A DNA stretch of 64,000 nucleotides from Terriglobia bacterium (GCA_965198225.1 CBDAOY010000007.1:990045-1054044), one strand, 5' to 3'; positions 39,746 to 48,544 are shown, counted from the stretch's first letter. Notes: a model not told the origin generated them from the letters alone. Translations and numbers: made by a program.

Positions 39746-40342
39746 TCTTCCGATTCCAATCCTGAAAACCGATCGATTGTCAAAAGGTTACAGAAAACCG
39801 CAACCAAAAGGGGCGATGATTTCAGAGTCGGTTTCAGAAGTTGGAGACCAGGGCTTAAAGGATTGATCACAAGCGTCTTATCGCCTGCCGACAGGCAAGA
39901 TTGCGACGACGTGGACGATGTGCCGAATGGAAAGGGACTTCGCAGTTGTGCAGGGAACGGCTCCAGGCCATAACCGACTTCGATCCAGATCCGGCGTTCC
40001 TCGATCGACGTCAGTATCAGGACACCGTTGTCTTCACCCCGCTGCCCGATGCCCCAGCGTTCGAAAAGACGGTTGGCGAAGTCCGCAATCTCCCCGCCCT
40101 GGAGCGACGGCAGCGTGACGACGGCCACCTGCGGACCGGTCTTCTGCTCGAGCTACGCCAGAAACGGTTCCACCTGACCCCGCTCGGCACTCATCACATT
40201 CGCGAAGTCATTGACGTATCCGCCGGGCTCCAGCTGATTGTGGAGCGCATCGCCCGTCTTGGGCCGAGAGCGGGGTCTGGCCGACGCAGACGGTCAGTGA
40301 CAGGAGCAGGGGCAGGAACAGCTTTGTCGTCGGGCGAAGCAT
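39742..40342 (-). pseudogene. TPM-domain (YgcG-like) protein, disrupted (in-frame TAG, frameshift, degenerate C-terminus)
   Basis: Signal peptide MLRPTTKLFLPLLLSLTVCVG then GYVNDFANVMSAERGQVEPFLA*LEQKTGPQVAVVTLPSLQGGEIADFANRLFERWGIGQRGEDNGVLILTSIEERRIWIEVGYGLE spread over two frames. Confidence 0.5.
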
Positions 40343-40390
40343 CGCTCTTCCTATTGTATGCGACAGGGGAGGATGTTGTGATTTCTGGAT

Positions 40391-40422
40391 AAAATAGGGA
40401 CAGACTCCTGTGTCCCTATTTT
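40391..40422. promoter_or_regulatory. Perfect 12-8-12 palindrome AAAATAGGGACA-N8-TGTCCCTATTTT in divergent promoter region upstream of the transferase pair
   Basis: Perfect inverted repeat ~30 bp upstream of candidate GT start. Confidence 0.45.
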
Positions 40423-40448
40423 ATCGGCAACATTTTGAACCACTTAAA

Positions 40449-41150
40449 ATGCCGGCTATGAAGATCTCTGTCATCATCCCAGCCTACAACGAAGCGGACC
40501 AGATCGGGCTGACACTGGACGCCGTCCACGCCGCAGGCCTTGATGACGTTCTGGTGGTCGACGGCGGCAGTGCCGACGAAACGGTTCTGCACGCACAGGC
40601 CGCCCGGGTGACGACGATGGAGGGTCCCCGGGGAAGGGCGAGCCAGATGAACGCCGGCGCGCGAGTCAGCAGCGGGGAGGTCCTGCTGTTTCTCCACGCC
40701 GACACGCGCCTGCCGCCGGACGCGGGCCGGCTTGTCGAGAACGCCCTCGCGGACGATCGCGTCCTCGGTGGTGCCTTCCACCTGCGATTCGACTCCGGCG
40801 GCTGGCTCATGCGTCTGGTGAGCTTCCAGACCAACGTGCGTTCCTACATTCTCGCCCCCTGGGGGGATCAAGCTCTTTTCGTCCGCCGCACCTTCTTCCT
40901 CGAAACCGAAGGCTACCGGCAATGGCGCTTGATGGAGGACGTCGAAATGGCTCATCGCATCAAGAAGAACGGACGATTCACAATGATCCGGACCCCGGTG
41001 GTGACTTCCGGTCGACGATTTCGCGAGCAAGGCTTCATCCGAAACGGAGTCCGCAACCAGATGCTGATGGCGGCATACTATGCAGGCATTGCGCCGGACC
41101 GCCTGGCTCGATTCTATTCCTATGACCGGCGAACAAGAGAGGAACGCTGA
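40449..41150 (+). CDS. Family-2 glycosyltransferase, TIGR04283-like (arsenosugar/rSAM-selenodomain-associated transferase 2)
   Basis: MKISVIIPAYNE...DGGSAD...; partnered with DUF2064 gene; ORF-track start 40410. Confidence 0.75.
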   Translation: MPAMKISVIIPAYNEADQIGLTLDAVHAAGLDDVLVVDGGSADETVLHAQAARVTTMEGPRGRASQMNAGARVSSGEVLLFLHADTRLPPDAGRLVENALADDRVLGGAFHLRFDSGGWLMRLVSFQTNVRSYILAPWGDQALFVRRTFFLETEGYRQWRLMEDVEMAHRIKKNGRFTMIRTPVVTSGRRFREQGFIRNGVRNQMLMAAYYAGIAPDRLARFYSYDRRTREER

Positions 41151-41830
41151 TGAAGGCGCCGCTGGCGACCTCGCTTGTCATCATGGCCAAGGCGCCACGT
41201 GCCGGCCGCACGAAAACGCGCCTGTTTCCCGCTTTGACCCCTGATGAAGCCGCCGGTTTGTATCGGTCGATGTTGCTGGACACGATCGAGCGGCTCCGTT
41301 CGCTGTCCGGGTTCGAGCTCTGGCTGGCATTCACGCCGGAGGACGAACGGGCCTGGTTCGAGACGAACATCGATCCGCCGATCCCGTTGATGCCTCAGCG
41401 GGGCGACGATCTGGGCCAGCGTATGCACCACATCGTCGAAGACAGGTGCTCCGATGGAGCTGAAGCTGTGCTGCTCGTCGGAACCGACCTGCCCACGCTT
41501 CCCGCCGACTATGTGCGTCAGGCGGCGGATTTACTGCACGAGGACGACAGGGTCGTCCTCGGCCCGACCGAAGACGGGGGCTACTACCTGATCGGATTGT
41601 GCGAGCCGGACATCCGTCTGTTCGAACGAATCGAATGGAGCACGGATTCGGTCTTCCAGCAGACCGTCTGTCAGGCCGAGGCGGCAGGAAAGTCCGTCTC
41701 GACGGTTCCGTCCTGGTTCGACATCGACGAGCCTGCCGACCTCGAACGTCTCCGGAGCGCGCTCGAACACAGCGACGAGCAAACCCATCCCCCGCACACC
41801 GCGAACTTTCTGGCGTGTCTCGGAGGCTAG
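41150..41830 (+). CDS. DUF2064 / TIGR04282-like transferase (arsenosugar-associated transferase 1)
   Basis: VIMAKAPRAGRTKTRL N-terminal hallmark; start overlaps upstream stop. Confidence 0.75.
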   Translation: MKAPLATSLVIMAKAPRAGRTKTRLFPALTPDEAAGLYRSMLLDTIERLRSLSGFELWLAFTPEDERAWFETNIDPPIPLMPQRGDDLGQRMHHIVEDRCSDGAEAVLLVGTDLPTLPADYVRQAADLLHEDDRVVLGPTEDGGYYLIGLCEPDIRLFERIEWSTDSVFQQTVCQAEAAGKSVSTVPSWFDIDEPADLERLRSALEHSDEQTHPPHTANFLACLGG

Positions 41831-41869
41831 ACCATTTCGGGCCGTTCGATCGCGCCATAGCTGGCTCGA

Positions 41870-42514
41870 TCACTCCTCCGCTCCCGAATCTCCTTCAGTT
41901 GCGTCCTCCGTGAACTCCGCCAGCGAACGTCGCGCCATCTGTGTCAGCAGCACGGCGACGATCACGGTAGCACCGAGCCCGAACCAATAGAGGACGGTTT
42001 CTCCGGTCGTGGCCTCGCGTTGACCCGACAACATTTCCGCAATGTTGAAAGCGACGGACCCGATGTAGACGTACATCGCGGTGGCAGGGAACATTCCCAG
42101 AAAAGACGCCAATACATAGTCACGCAGGCGGACCCGCGTCAGGCCCAGCGAATAGTTCAGGAAGACGAAAGGAAAGACGGGCGACAGGCGGAGGAGTGTG
42201 ATCAGCTTGAATCCCGATTCTTCCGCGGCCTGGTTCAGCCGGTCGAGGAACGGCTGATTGCGGATCCGCCGCTCTATCCGGTGGCGGAACGCGGTACGAA
42301 CGAGTAGAAACGCGATCGTCGCGGCCAGGACGCTCACGGGAGAAACCAGAGCCGTTCCGAGAATCGGCCCGTATATGAATCCGGCGATCAGCGTCATCGC
42401 AGAGCCTGGAATCAGGGCGATGGTTGCAACTACGTATATAAGTGCGAAAGCGAGGGGACCGATCCAGCCCAGACCCCGGATCGTTTCGACAGCGATTATG
42501 ATCCAGTCGTCCAT
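41870..42514 (-). CDS. TVP38/TMEM64 (DedA/VTT-domain) membrane protein
   Basis: Start MDDWIIIAVETIRGLGWIG; VTT-domain TM pattern; ORF-track upstream extension unlikely. Confidence 0.7.
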   Translation of the reverse strand: MDDWIIIAVETIRGLGWIGPLAFALIYVVATIALIPGSAMTLIAGFIYGPILGTALVSPVSVLAATIAFLLVRTAFRHRIERRIRNQPFLDRLNQAAEESGFKLITLLRLSPVFPFVFLNYSLGLTRVRLRDYVLASFLGMFPATAMYVYIGSVAFNIAEMLSGQREATTGETVLYWFGLGATVIVAVLLTQMARRSLAEFTEDATEGDSGAEE

Positions 42515-42623
42515 GAGTAAGTGGCCACCAGGCCATATCGCGCATGGCTTGCGCACGAACTCGACGTGGGCCATCGGCGTGAAGAAAGCGCCCGGCTCCA
42601 CAAATGTCGCCGGGTGCGGCCTA

Positions 42624-45077
42624 TCAGCAGCACTCGCCGGGTTCGCAACACTCAACGCTGGACAGCGCCGCGTCAGCATCCTTGGCCATCACCAGGAAAG
42701 ATCCCGCGTAAGGCTCTCGCGACAGTTTCGCAGCGGTATCGGTGCACACCTGGACGGGTTCGTTTCGGGGAAAGAGGTGGCCTTCCTCGTCGACGACCGC
42801 CTTCAGCGGGCCCAGATAGACGGCGCGCTGGCCTTCGAAGTTGCACACTCCGTTCTTCCCGAACTTGAAGCCCTGGATGATCAGCGAGTAGAAACGGTAG
42901 CCTTCGATCTCTTTCCAGAAGGTTTTCTCGACGAGCGACAGGCCGTAGAAACCCACCTGCTCGAGCATGGCGAAGTATTCATCTTCGGTCAGTGCTCCCG
43001 AGACGCACTCTCCCCACAGCCGGGGGTTGGCTTTCATGTGGTGGGGAATCTTCGATTCGGACACCGTGTCGGAGATGATCGCGCGGCCGTGATTCTTCAG
43101 AACCCGCCACATCTGCGAAAGTACGCGGCGTTTATCGGGCGAAAGGTTGATCACGCAGTTGGACGTCACGATATCGGCCTTCTGATCCTCCAGCGGAAGC
43201 TGTTCGAGGTATCCGCGCCGGAATTCGACGACGTCGTACCCGAGGGATTCGGCGACGATGCCCCGATTCCGTTCGGCCCGCTCGATCATTTCCGTCGTCA
43301 TGTCGATGCCGATCACACGACCGCTGGACCCGACGCGCTGTGCCGCGATAAAGCAGTCGATACCGCCTCCCGAACCGAGATCGACGTATGTTTCGCCCGG
43401 CTTGATGTCGGCGAACCGAATCGGGCTGCCGCAGCCGTAGGACACCTCGACGACTTCCTTCGGCAGTGCCCGAAGCTCGGCGGGGTCGTAGGCGGTCGGA
43501 CAGCACAGCGCTTCCTGAGGCTCGACGGCCGCCTGGGCGTAGAACTGGCGGACTTTCTCACGCGATCGTTCCAAGTCGACGGAGAGGACGCACGTGGAAC
43601 GGGATGTGGCGATCTCGAACCCCTCCGCTTCAATGGTTTCCATCTCAGAAAGCGATTCACCCATCGCGGCCACGACGGTCGGGGAATCGTATCCGGATGG
43701 GCCCTCATGGCTCTTGTTCTCAGAGGCGATCTGCTCGATCGCTCGGAGCAGCAGCCATTCGTGAACCTTCGAAAACGGGTCTTTTCCAAGGACGGTGCCG
43801 GAGTAGAAGAATGAATGTTCGACGTCACCGCCGCCGCACACGTAGCGCAGGTAGCATTCCTGACAGTCTTCTTTCGCGATGACGCTGGCTCGGCGCAGCG
43901 CGCGCGCGCGCGCGGATGTTTTCCAGATTTCCGCCAGCGGCTGTTCCTCGACGTTGCCCATAAGCAGTTCGGGGACACCGGCCAGCGCCGCGGAAGGATA
44001 GACGGTGCCGTCCGCGTAGACGCAGCAGCTGCTCGTGGCCGCGACCGACAGGTCCATCTTGACCCCGCGTCGGCCCTGAGCCCTTTCCCGGGCGACCTCG
44101 TAGTTGTCGAGCTCGATTCCCTTCGAAGATGCGTTTTCCAGGTATCGTTCCAGCATCTCGATGATGTCGGCGGTGAACGGACTCTGCATCTGGTCGTCTT
44201 CCAGAGCCCTGCCCTGTTTGTGGTCCCACAGCAGGTGATGACGCCGGACGCCGAGTTTGTCCAGGAACTCCGGGAATCGAGGAAGCGTGTCGAGGTTCGA
44301 GCGAGTCACGACAGTGGACACGGTCGGTTCAAACGCGGCGTCCAGCAGGGCGCCGATGCCTTCGACGGTTCGCTCGAACCCGGATCCGCGGATCGCGTGG
44401 TGGGTCTCGCGGTCGGGTCCGTCGATGCTGACCTGTAGGGCCACGTTGCCGTTCGCGGCGGCTTTGAGATTGGCCAGGGTATCGCCCCGGAAGAACATGG
44501 CGTTGGTCAGGATGACGAGTTCGCTGTCGGTGCAGATGGCCCGAACGATGTCGATCAGGTCGCGCCGTAAGAACGGCTCTCCACCGGTGATGTAAAATTG
44601 CCGAACACCCATCTGTTTCGCGTCGTCGACGATCTTCAGCCATCGATCAGTTGGAAGTCCCTCGATCCCTTTCGGGGAAGAATCCACGAGGCAGTGGGCG
44701 CAAGTCAGGTTGCAGCGGTTCGTCAGGTGCAGCCACATCTCTTGCGGCTCGTGGCGCTCGATCAACGCCCCGCGACCCGGATAGGTCGGGTGCTGGAACG
44801 GCTCGCTTCTCAGGAAGTCGGTCCGCAGTGCATGGTTGAGCAGCGTGCTGACGTCGAGCCAGGCTTCGGCCCAGTCCTTGCCCGCGTGGGACCGGTAGCG
44901 GCCCACAAGGTCCGAGACCCTCCGCTGTCCGTCGATCCAGCCGAGTATTTCGACGCCCGCTCGGTTCGTCACGATCCAGTTTGGCGCCTCGGGGTCGAAC
45001 ATCAGTCCGAATTCTCCGATCAGCCGCTCTTCGTAACGTGGGGGCGCGTGAAGTACCTGTTCAGGCAAGATAGTCAT
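42624..45077 (-). CDS. Three-domain fusion: PqqD/RRE-like N-term + radical SAM/SPASM (ArsS-like) + ArsM/AS3MT-type arsenite SAM-methyltransferase
   Basis: 817 aa; CNLTCAHC radical SAM cluster; SPASM Cys motifs; YGCGSP, VDLGSGGGIDCF, SNCVINLSPDK, LWGECVSGAL, C-terminal CCEPGECC. Confidence 0.8.
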   Translation of the reverse strand: MTILPEQVLHAPPRYEERLIGEFGLMFDPEAPNWIVTNRAGVEILGWIDGQRRVSDLVGRYRSHAGKDWAEAWLDVSTLLNHALRTDFLRSEPFQHPTYPGRGALIERHEPQEMWLHLTNRCNLTCAHCLVDSSPKGIEGLPTDRWLKIVDDAKQMGVRQFYITGGEPFLRRDLIDIVRAICTDSELVILTNAMFFRGDTLANLKAAANGNVALQVSIDGPDRETHHAIRGSGFERTVEGIGALLDAAFEPTVSTVVTRSNLDTLPRFPEFLDKLGVRRHHLLWDHKQGRALEDDQMQSPFTADIIEMLERYLENASSKGIELDNYEVARERAQGRRGVKMDLSVAATSSCCVYADGTVYPSAALAGVPELLMGNVEEQPLAEIWKTSARARALRRASVIAKEDCQECYLRYVCGGGDVEHSFFYSGTVLGKDPFSKVHEWLLLRAIEQIASENKSHEGPSGYDSPTVVAAMGESLSEMETIEAEGFEIATSRSTCVLSVDLERSREKVRQFYAQAAVEPQEALCCPTAYDPAELRALPKEVVEVSYGCGSPIRFADIKPGETYVDLGSGGGIDCFIAAQRVGSSGRVIGIDMTTEMIERAERNRGIVAESLGYDVVEFRRGYLEQLPLEDQKADIVTSNCVINLSPDKRRVLSQMWRVLKNHGRAIISDTVSESKIPHHMKANPRLWGECVSGALTEDEYFAMLEQVGFYGLSLVEKTFWKEIEGYRFYSLIIQGFKFGKNGVCNFEGQRAVYLGPLKAVVDEEGHLFPRNEPVQVCTDTAAKLSREPYAGSFLVMAKDADAALSSVECCEPGECC

Positions 45078-45254
45078 GGGGTGTCTCCTGATTCAATGCG
45101 AAGGGCAAGTTCTCCGAACGAATCATTTGATCGACTTTTCTTCAGCCGATATTGTAAGCGAAGTCACCGAGATGGGAAGGGTAGCGTGGATGTCAAAGAC
45201 GAGAGAGGTGAGGGGCGCCGGCAGACGATGACGCGACCTGCCGGCGTCTGCGCC

Positions 45255-45915
45255 TTATCCCGGGCGTCGACGCATCTCTTCCCGGGTGATGAATCCATCA
45301 TCGTCCGCGTCGAGGCGGTCGAAGGCCTCAGTCGGTCGGGTCCACTCGTCACGAGAAACCTTGCCGTCGCCGTCTTCATCCATCTGGAGCATCGCGGCTC
45401 CCCGGCCACGTCCGCCTCTGCCCGGGCGGGAGTTCTGCATCTCTTCGAGAGTGATGAAGCCGTCGCCATCGGCGTCCATGGTCTCGAACATCTGCGCGGG
45501 ACCCGGAAACTCCTGCTGCGACACGCGTCCATCGCCATCGCTGTCGAGCCCCTGGAAACGGGCTTGAGGGTCTGCGCCTCTTCCGCCTCTATCCCGGGCG
45601 TCGCCATCTCTTCCCGAATCCATCATCGTCCGCGTCGAGGCGGTCGAAGGCCTCAGTCGGTCGGGTCCACTCGTCACGAGAAACCTTGCCGTCGCCGTCT
45701 TCATCCATCTGGAGCATCGCGGCTCCCCGGCCACGTCCGCCTCTGCCCGGGCGGGAGTTCTGCATCTCTTCGAGAGTGATGAAGCCGTCGCCATCGGCGT
45801 CCATGGTCTCGAACATCTGCGCGGGACCCGGAAACTCCTGCTGCGACACGCGTCCATCGCCATCGCTGTCGAGCCCCTGGAAACGGGCTTGAGGGTCTGC
45901 GCCTCTTCCGCCTCT
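45255..45915. repeat. Tandem duplication (334 bp + ~327 bp, near-identical) of the 3' end (including stop) of the EF-hand selenoprotein gene; upstream copy carries 7-nt + 2-nt deletions
   Basis: 45255-45588 vs 45589-45915 align almost perfectly; both end CCCGGGATA(A/G). Confidence 0.8.
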
Positions 45916-46746
45916 GCCGCGGCCGCCCCCGAATTGCCGCTGGATTTCGTCACGAGCGAGGAGACCATCATCGTTTCGATCGAGCCGGTCGAACGTCTCG
46001 CCGTCGCCCGTCCACTCTTCCCGTGAGATTGTACCGTCCTCGTTCGTGTCCATGACGCCCATACCGCCCGCAGTCCCGGGCCTCTGCCCCGGCCGAGGGC
46101 GCATACCACGCATGCCGCGGCCGCGACGCTGTCCCTGTTCCTGTCCGTAGGCGGTGATCTCCCCTCTGAGAGCGACCTCGAGCGCTGCCCTGGCTTCGGG
46201 GACATCGAACCCGGCCGGCCCGGGGCGTCCCTTGAAGGCGATGGTGCCGTCGGAGCCCACGACATAGATCCGGTCGGGAAACGCGGCGTACGCATTCGCC
46301 GTCCGGTCGTCGATCTTGTCCAGAATGGTCGGCATCGAGATGTCCAAGGCGGTCGTACAGATGTTGGCTGCTTCCTGGCGCTGCTCGTCGGTTTTGGCTT
46401 GTTCGATCAGGATGCCGTCGATAACATTCGCCGCTCCGAGGTTGCCGTCGGTGGGATGCGCTTCTCGAATGTAGACGAAGAAGAAATTGGCGCGGTCCTT
46501 GTAAGCCTGGTACCAGTTTTCGATGTCCACGACATCGCGGCGGAACGGGCCTCAGGTATAGCTGGCGAAGATCAGCGCGGTCGGTCTGCCCGTCATCTCA
46601 GAAAGCGTAATCTTTTGCTTTCCGTCTTTTGTACTGAGCGTGAAATCAGGCGCCGTATCTCCAGGCGTGGGGCCGCCGCCTCGCCGCTGGGCCGTGGCAG
46701 GGCTCACCAGGACGAGGACCAATAACGCAGACGCGAATGTTCTCAT
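45589..46746 (-). CDS. Candidate selenoprotein: secreted deiodinase-like thioredoxin-fold domain (FASYT-U-GPF, VYIREAHPTDG) fused to six EF-hand Ca-binding motifs; in-frame TGA (Sec) at 46552-46554
   Basis: ORFs 46552..46788 and 45589..46530 are in the same frame separated only by TGA; hairpin CGATGTC-GTG-GACATCG 16 nt after TGA (bSECIS-like); GGAGGAG RBS before ATG 46746; deiodinase motif AHP.DG downstream. Confidence 0.6.
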
Positions 46747-46845
46747 GGGTTTACTCCTCCGTCGACTATAGACAGGGCGGAGCGGCACGGGTTTAAGAGC
46801 GTTTTCAAATCGAATGAGGACCGCGTCCAGCGGTACGAGCTAGCT

Positions 46846-46965
46846 TCAGCCCCCTCCGCCAAGGAGGAAGCCTCCTGCGGCGCCGCGCGCTGTTCCCGAC
46901 GCCAGGTCTCCCAGGAGCAGACCGCCTATTGCGCCGACAACGGCAAACACCGCGATCGTGCCCAT
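46846..46965 (-). CDS. Possible small Gly-zipper membrane peptide (39 aa)
   Basis: MGTIAVFAVVGAIGGLLLGDLASGTARGAAGGFLLGGGG; weak RBS. Confidence 0.25.
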   Translation of the reverse strand: MGTIAVFAVVGAIGGLLLGDLASGTARGAAGGFLLGGGG

Positions 46966-47152
46966 CTTGGCTGCTGCGGACTTCTTAGCGCAGCTTTGTT
47001 CTTCGTTCTCTGTCACGAAAGAGCCTCAGTTTCCCCGTTCAGTCGATGATACCGGTGTTGTAACGGGATTTCTTCAAAAAAGCCGGGGTCTGCCGGGGCG
47101 TCGCCCGGATGCGGTAACATTAGGCTGACTTGAGTGTGATGGAGGCAGGTTC

Positions 47153-47431
47153 ATGAAAGCAATATGGCAGGGCGCGGTCTTGGCCGAAAGCGAAGATACC
47201 ATCGTCGTGGAAGGGAACCACTACTTCCCACCGGAGTCGACCGACACCTCCCACTTTCGGCAGAGCCGGACCCACACGGTCTGCCCGTGGAAAGGACAGG
47301 CCAGCTACTACGACATCGTCGTCGACGGCGACACCAATAAGGACGCCGCCTGGTTCTACCCCGAGACGAAGGAAGCCGCCGACCAGATTCGCGGTTATGT
47401 CGCGTTCTGGCACGGAGTCGAAATCACCTAA
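47153..47431 (+). CDS. DUF427-domain protein
   Basis: 92 aa; NHYFP, C.WKG.A.YY, GYVAFW; GGAGG RBS; terminator hairpin GGGGGCAGAGCCCCC downstream. Confidence 0.7.
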   Translation: MKAIWQGAVLAESEDTIVVEGNHYFPPESTDTSHFRQSRTHTVCPWKGQASYYDIVVDGDTNKDAAWFYPETKEAADQIRGYVAFWHGVEIT

Positions 47432-47443
47432 AACGGGGGCAGA

Positions 47444-47470
47444 GCCCCCATTTCCCTCTTTCGTTCTCAA
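47444..47470 (+). terminator. Intrinsic terminator GGGGGC-AGA-GCCCCC + T-rich tract
   Basis: Directly after DUF427 stop. Confidence 0.55.
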
Positions 47471-47539
47471 CTTATTTCTGTTTTGGGCAGCGTCCGACGA
47501 CGCTTCAAAACGATCTTGAGCTTGACAGAAAGCCACCCT

Positions 47540-47555
47540 ATGTAGAAATCTACAT
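47540..47555. promoter_or_regulatory. PadR-type operator ATGT-N8-ACAT (ATGTAGAAATCTACAT) overlapping padR promoter; TTGACA at ~47521
   Basis: Perfect 7-2-7 palindrome matching known PadR box spacing, 4 nt upstream of padR ATG. Confidence 0.5.
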
Positions 47556-47558
47556 TCG

Positions 47559-47864
47559 ATGCCTCGAAACTACATGACATATCCGTCCGGTCTGGTCCTG
47601 CAGGCAATCGCTTCGGGGCATCGGTATGGTTTCGATGTGATGGATGTGACGGGATTGCCGAGTGGTACGGTTTACCCGGCACTTCGGAAGCTGGAACGAG
47701 AGGGCTATGTCCGTTCCAGGTGGGAAGGCGAAGATGTGGCCCGCCAGGCAGGGCGTCCACCGCGGCGTTACTACGAGGTTAGCGGCCCTGGCTCGGCGGC
47801 CTTGACCCAGCTGCTGAAACGGTTTCCAGGACTGGCCCGGGCCCTTGCCGCGGAGGTCTTGTGA
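47559..47864 (+). CDS. PadR-family transcriptional regulator
   Basis: 101 aa; wHTH PadR signature Y.....G...YP.L..LE..G. Confidence 0.85.
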   Translation: MPRNYMTYPSGLVLQAIASGHRYGFDVMDVTGLPSGTVYPALRKLEREGYVRSRWEGEDVARQAGRPPRRYYEVSGPGSAALTQLLKRFPGLARALAAEVL

Positions 47865-48475
47865 GGTGGGCAGGCGGCGAGCGGTCTCTCCGCGTCTGCC
47901 TGTTGTGGATTCGCGCTCTGTCGTTCCTCGTCCCGCCCCCGGGCCGGGACGAATGGATGCGGGAGTGGCGTGGCGAGCTTCTGCATCACTGGAGTGAGTT
48001 CGAGACAGGAGTTCAAAAGTCCCGTGCTGCAAGATTCGATTTGTTCCTACATTCGATGGGCGCCTTGCCTGATGCACTGTGTCTGCTGCGTCAGGAGTGG
48101 AGACTGGACATGCTGATGCAGGATCTGACCTATGCGGTACGGACGCTCGGCGCTCGACCGGGCTTCACCTTCGTAGTGATTTTCATTCTGGCGCTGGGTA
48201 TCGGGGCCAACACCGTCGTGTTCAGCGTCGTCGATGCCGTCCTGTTTCGACCCCTACCGTTTCCCGAGCCGGAGAGGCTGGTTGCGATCTGGGACGAAAA
48301 CACCCAAAAGTCGATGCTTCGTCAGGGTCCGGCGCCCGGCAATCTGCTGGACTGGCGTGACCAGTCACGGGTGTTCGATGGTATCGGAGCCTGGTACGCG
48401 GGCGAGCCCAGGACTGTGCGCGACGAGTCCAGTGCGGAGAAAGTGTCCGCCACTATAGGATTTTATTATGTCTAA
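47861..48475 (+). pseudogene. ADOP/MacB-like FtsX permease, N-terminal 204 aa only, truncated by insertion of integrative element
   Basis: Permease-prefix domain then first TM (FTFVVIFILALGIGANTVVFSV) and start of periplasmic domain; reading frame runs into AT-rich foreign DNA at ~48457 and stops. Confidence 0.7.
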
Positions 48476-48516
48476 TAATATCCATAAGTCTTATTTATAT
48501 CAACAGTATATCGTCC

Positions 48517-48544
48517 TAGACAATCCAGCGCCGTCTGGTATAAT
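48517..48544 (+). promoter_or_regulatory. Integrase promoter: -35 TAGACA, 16-bp spacer, extended -10 TGgTATAAT
   Basis: Canonical spacing, ~70 bp upstream of int ATG. Confidence 0.5.

Noticed and set aside
42258-43814. 518-aa + ORF
   Set aside because: It is antisense to the radical SAM-ArsM fusion gene.
45255-46295. 346-aa minus-strand ORF with EF-hand-like C-terminus
   Set aside because: It is an out-of-frame read-through created by the tandem duplication: the N-terminus is junk and only the duplicated 3' copy is meaningful. The true gene is the TGA-containing frame 45589..46746.
46552-46554. Reading the TGA at 46552-46554 as a genuine stop separating a 78-aa secreted peptide from a downstream GTG-start gene
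   Set aside because: The downstream ORF would then lack a signal peptide and start mid-domain, and the TGA falls precisely on the deiodinase redox residue. Sec recoding is the more parsimonious reading, though unproven.
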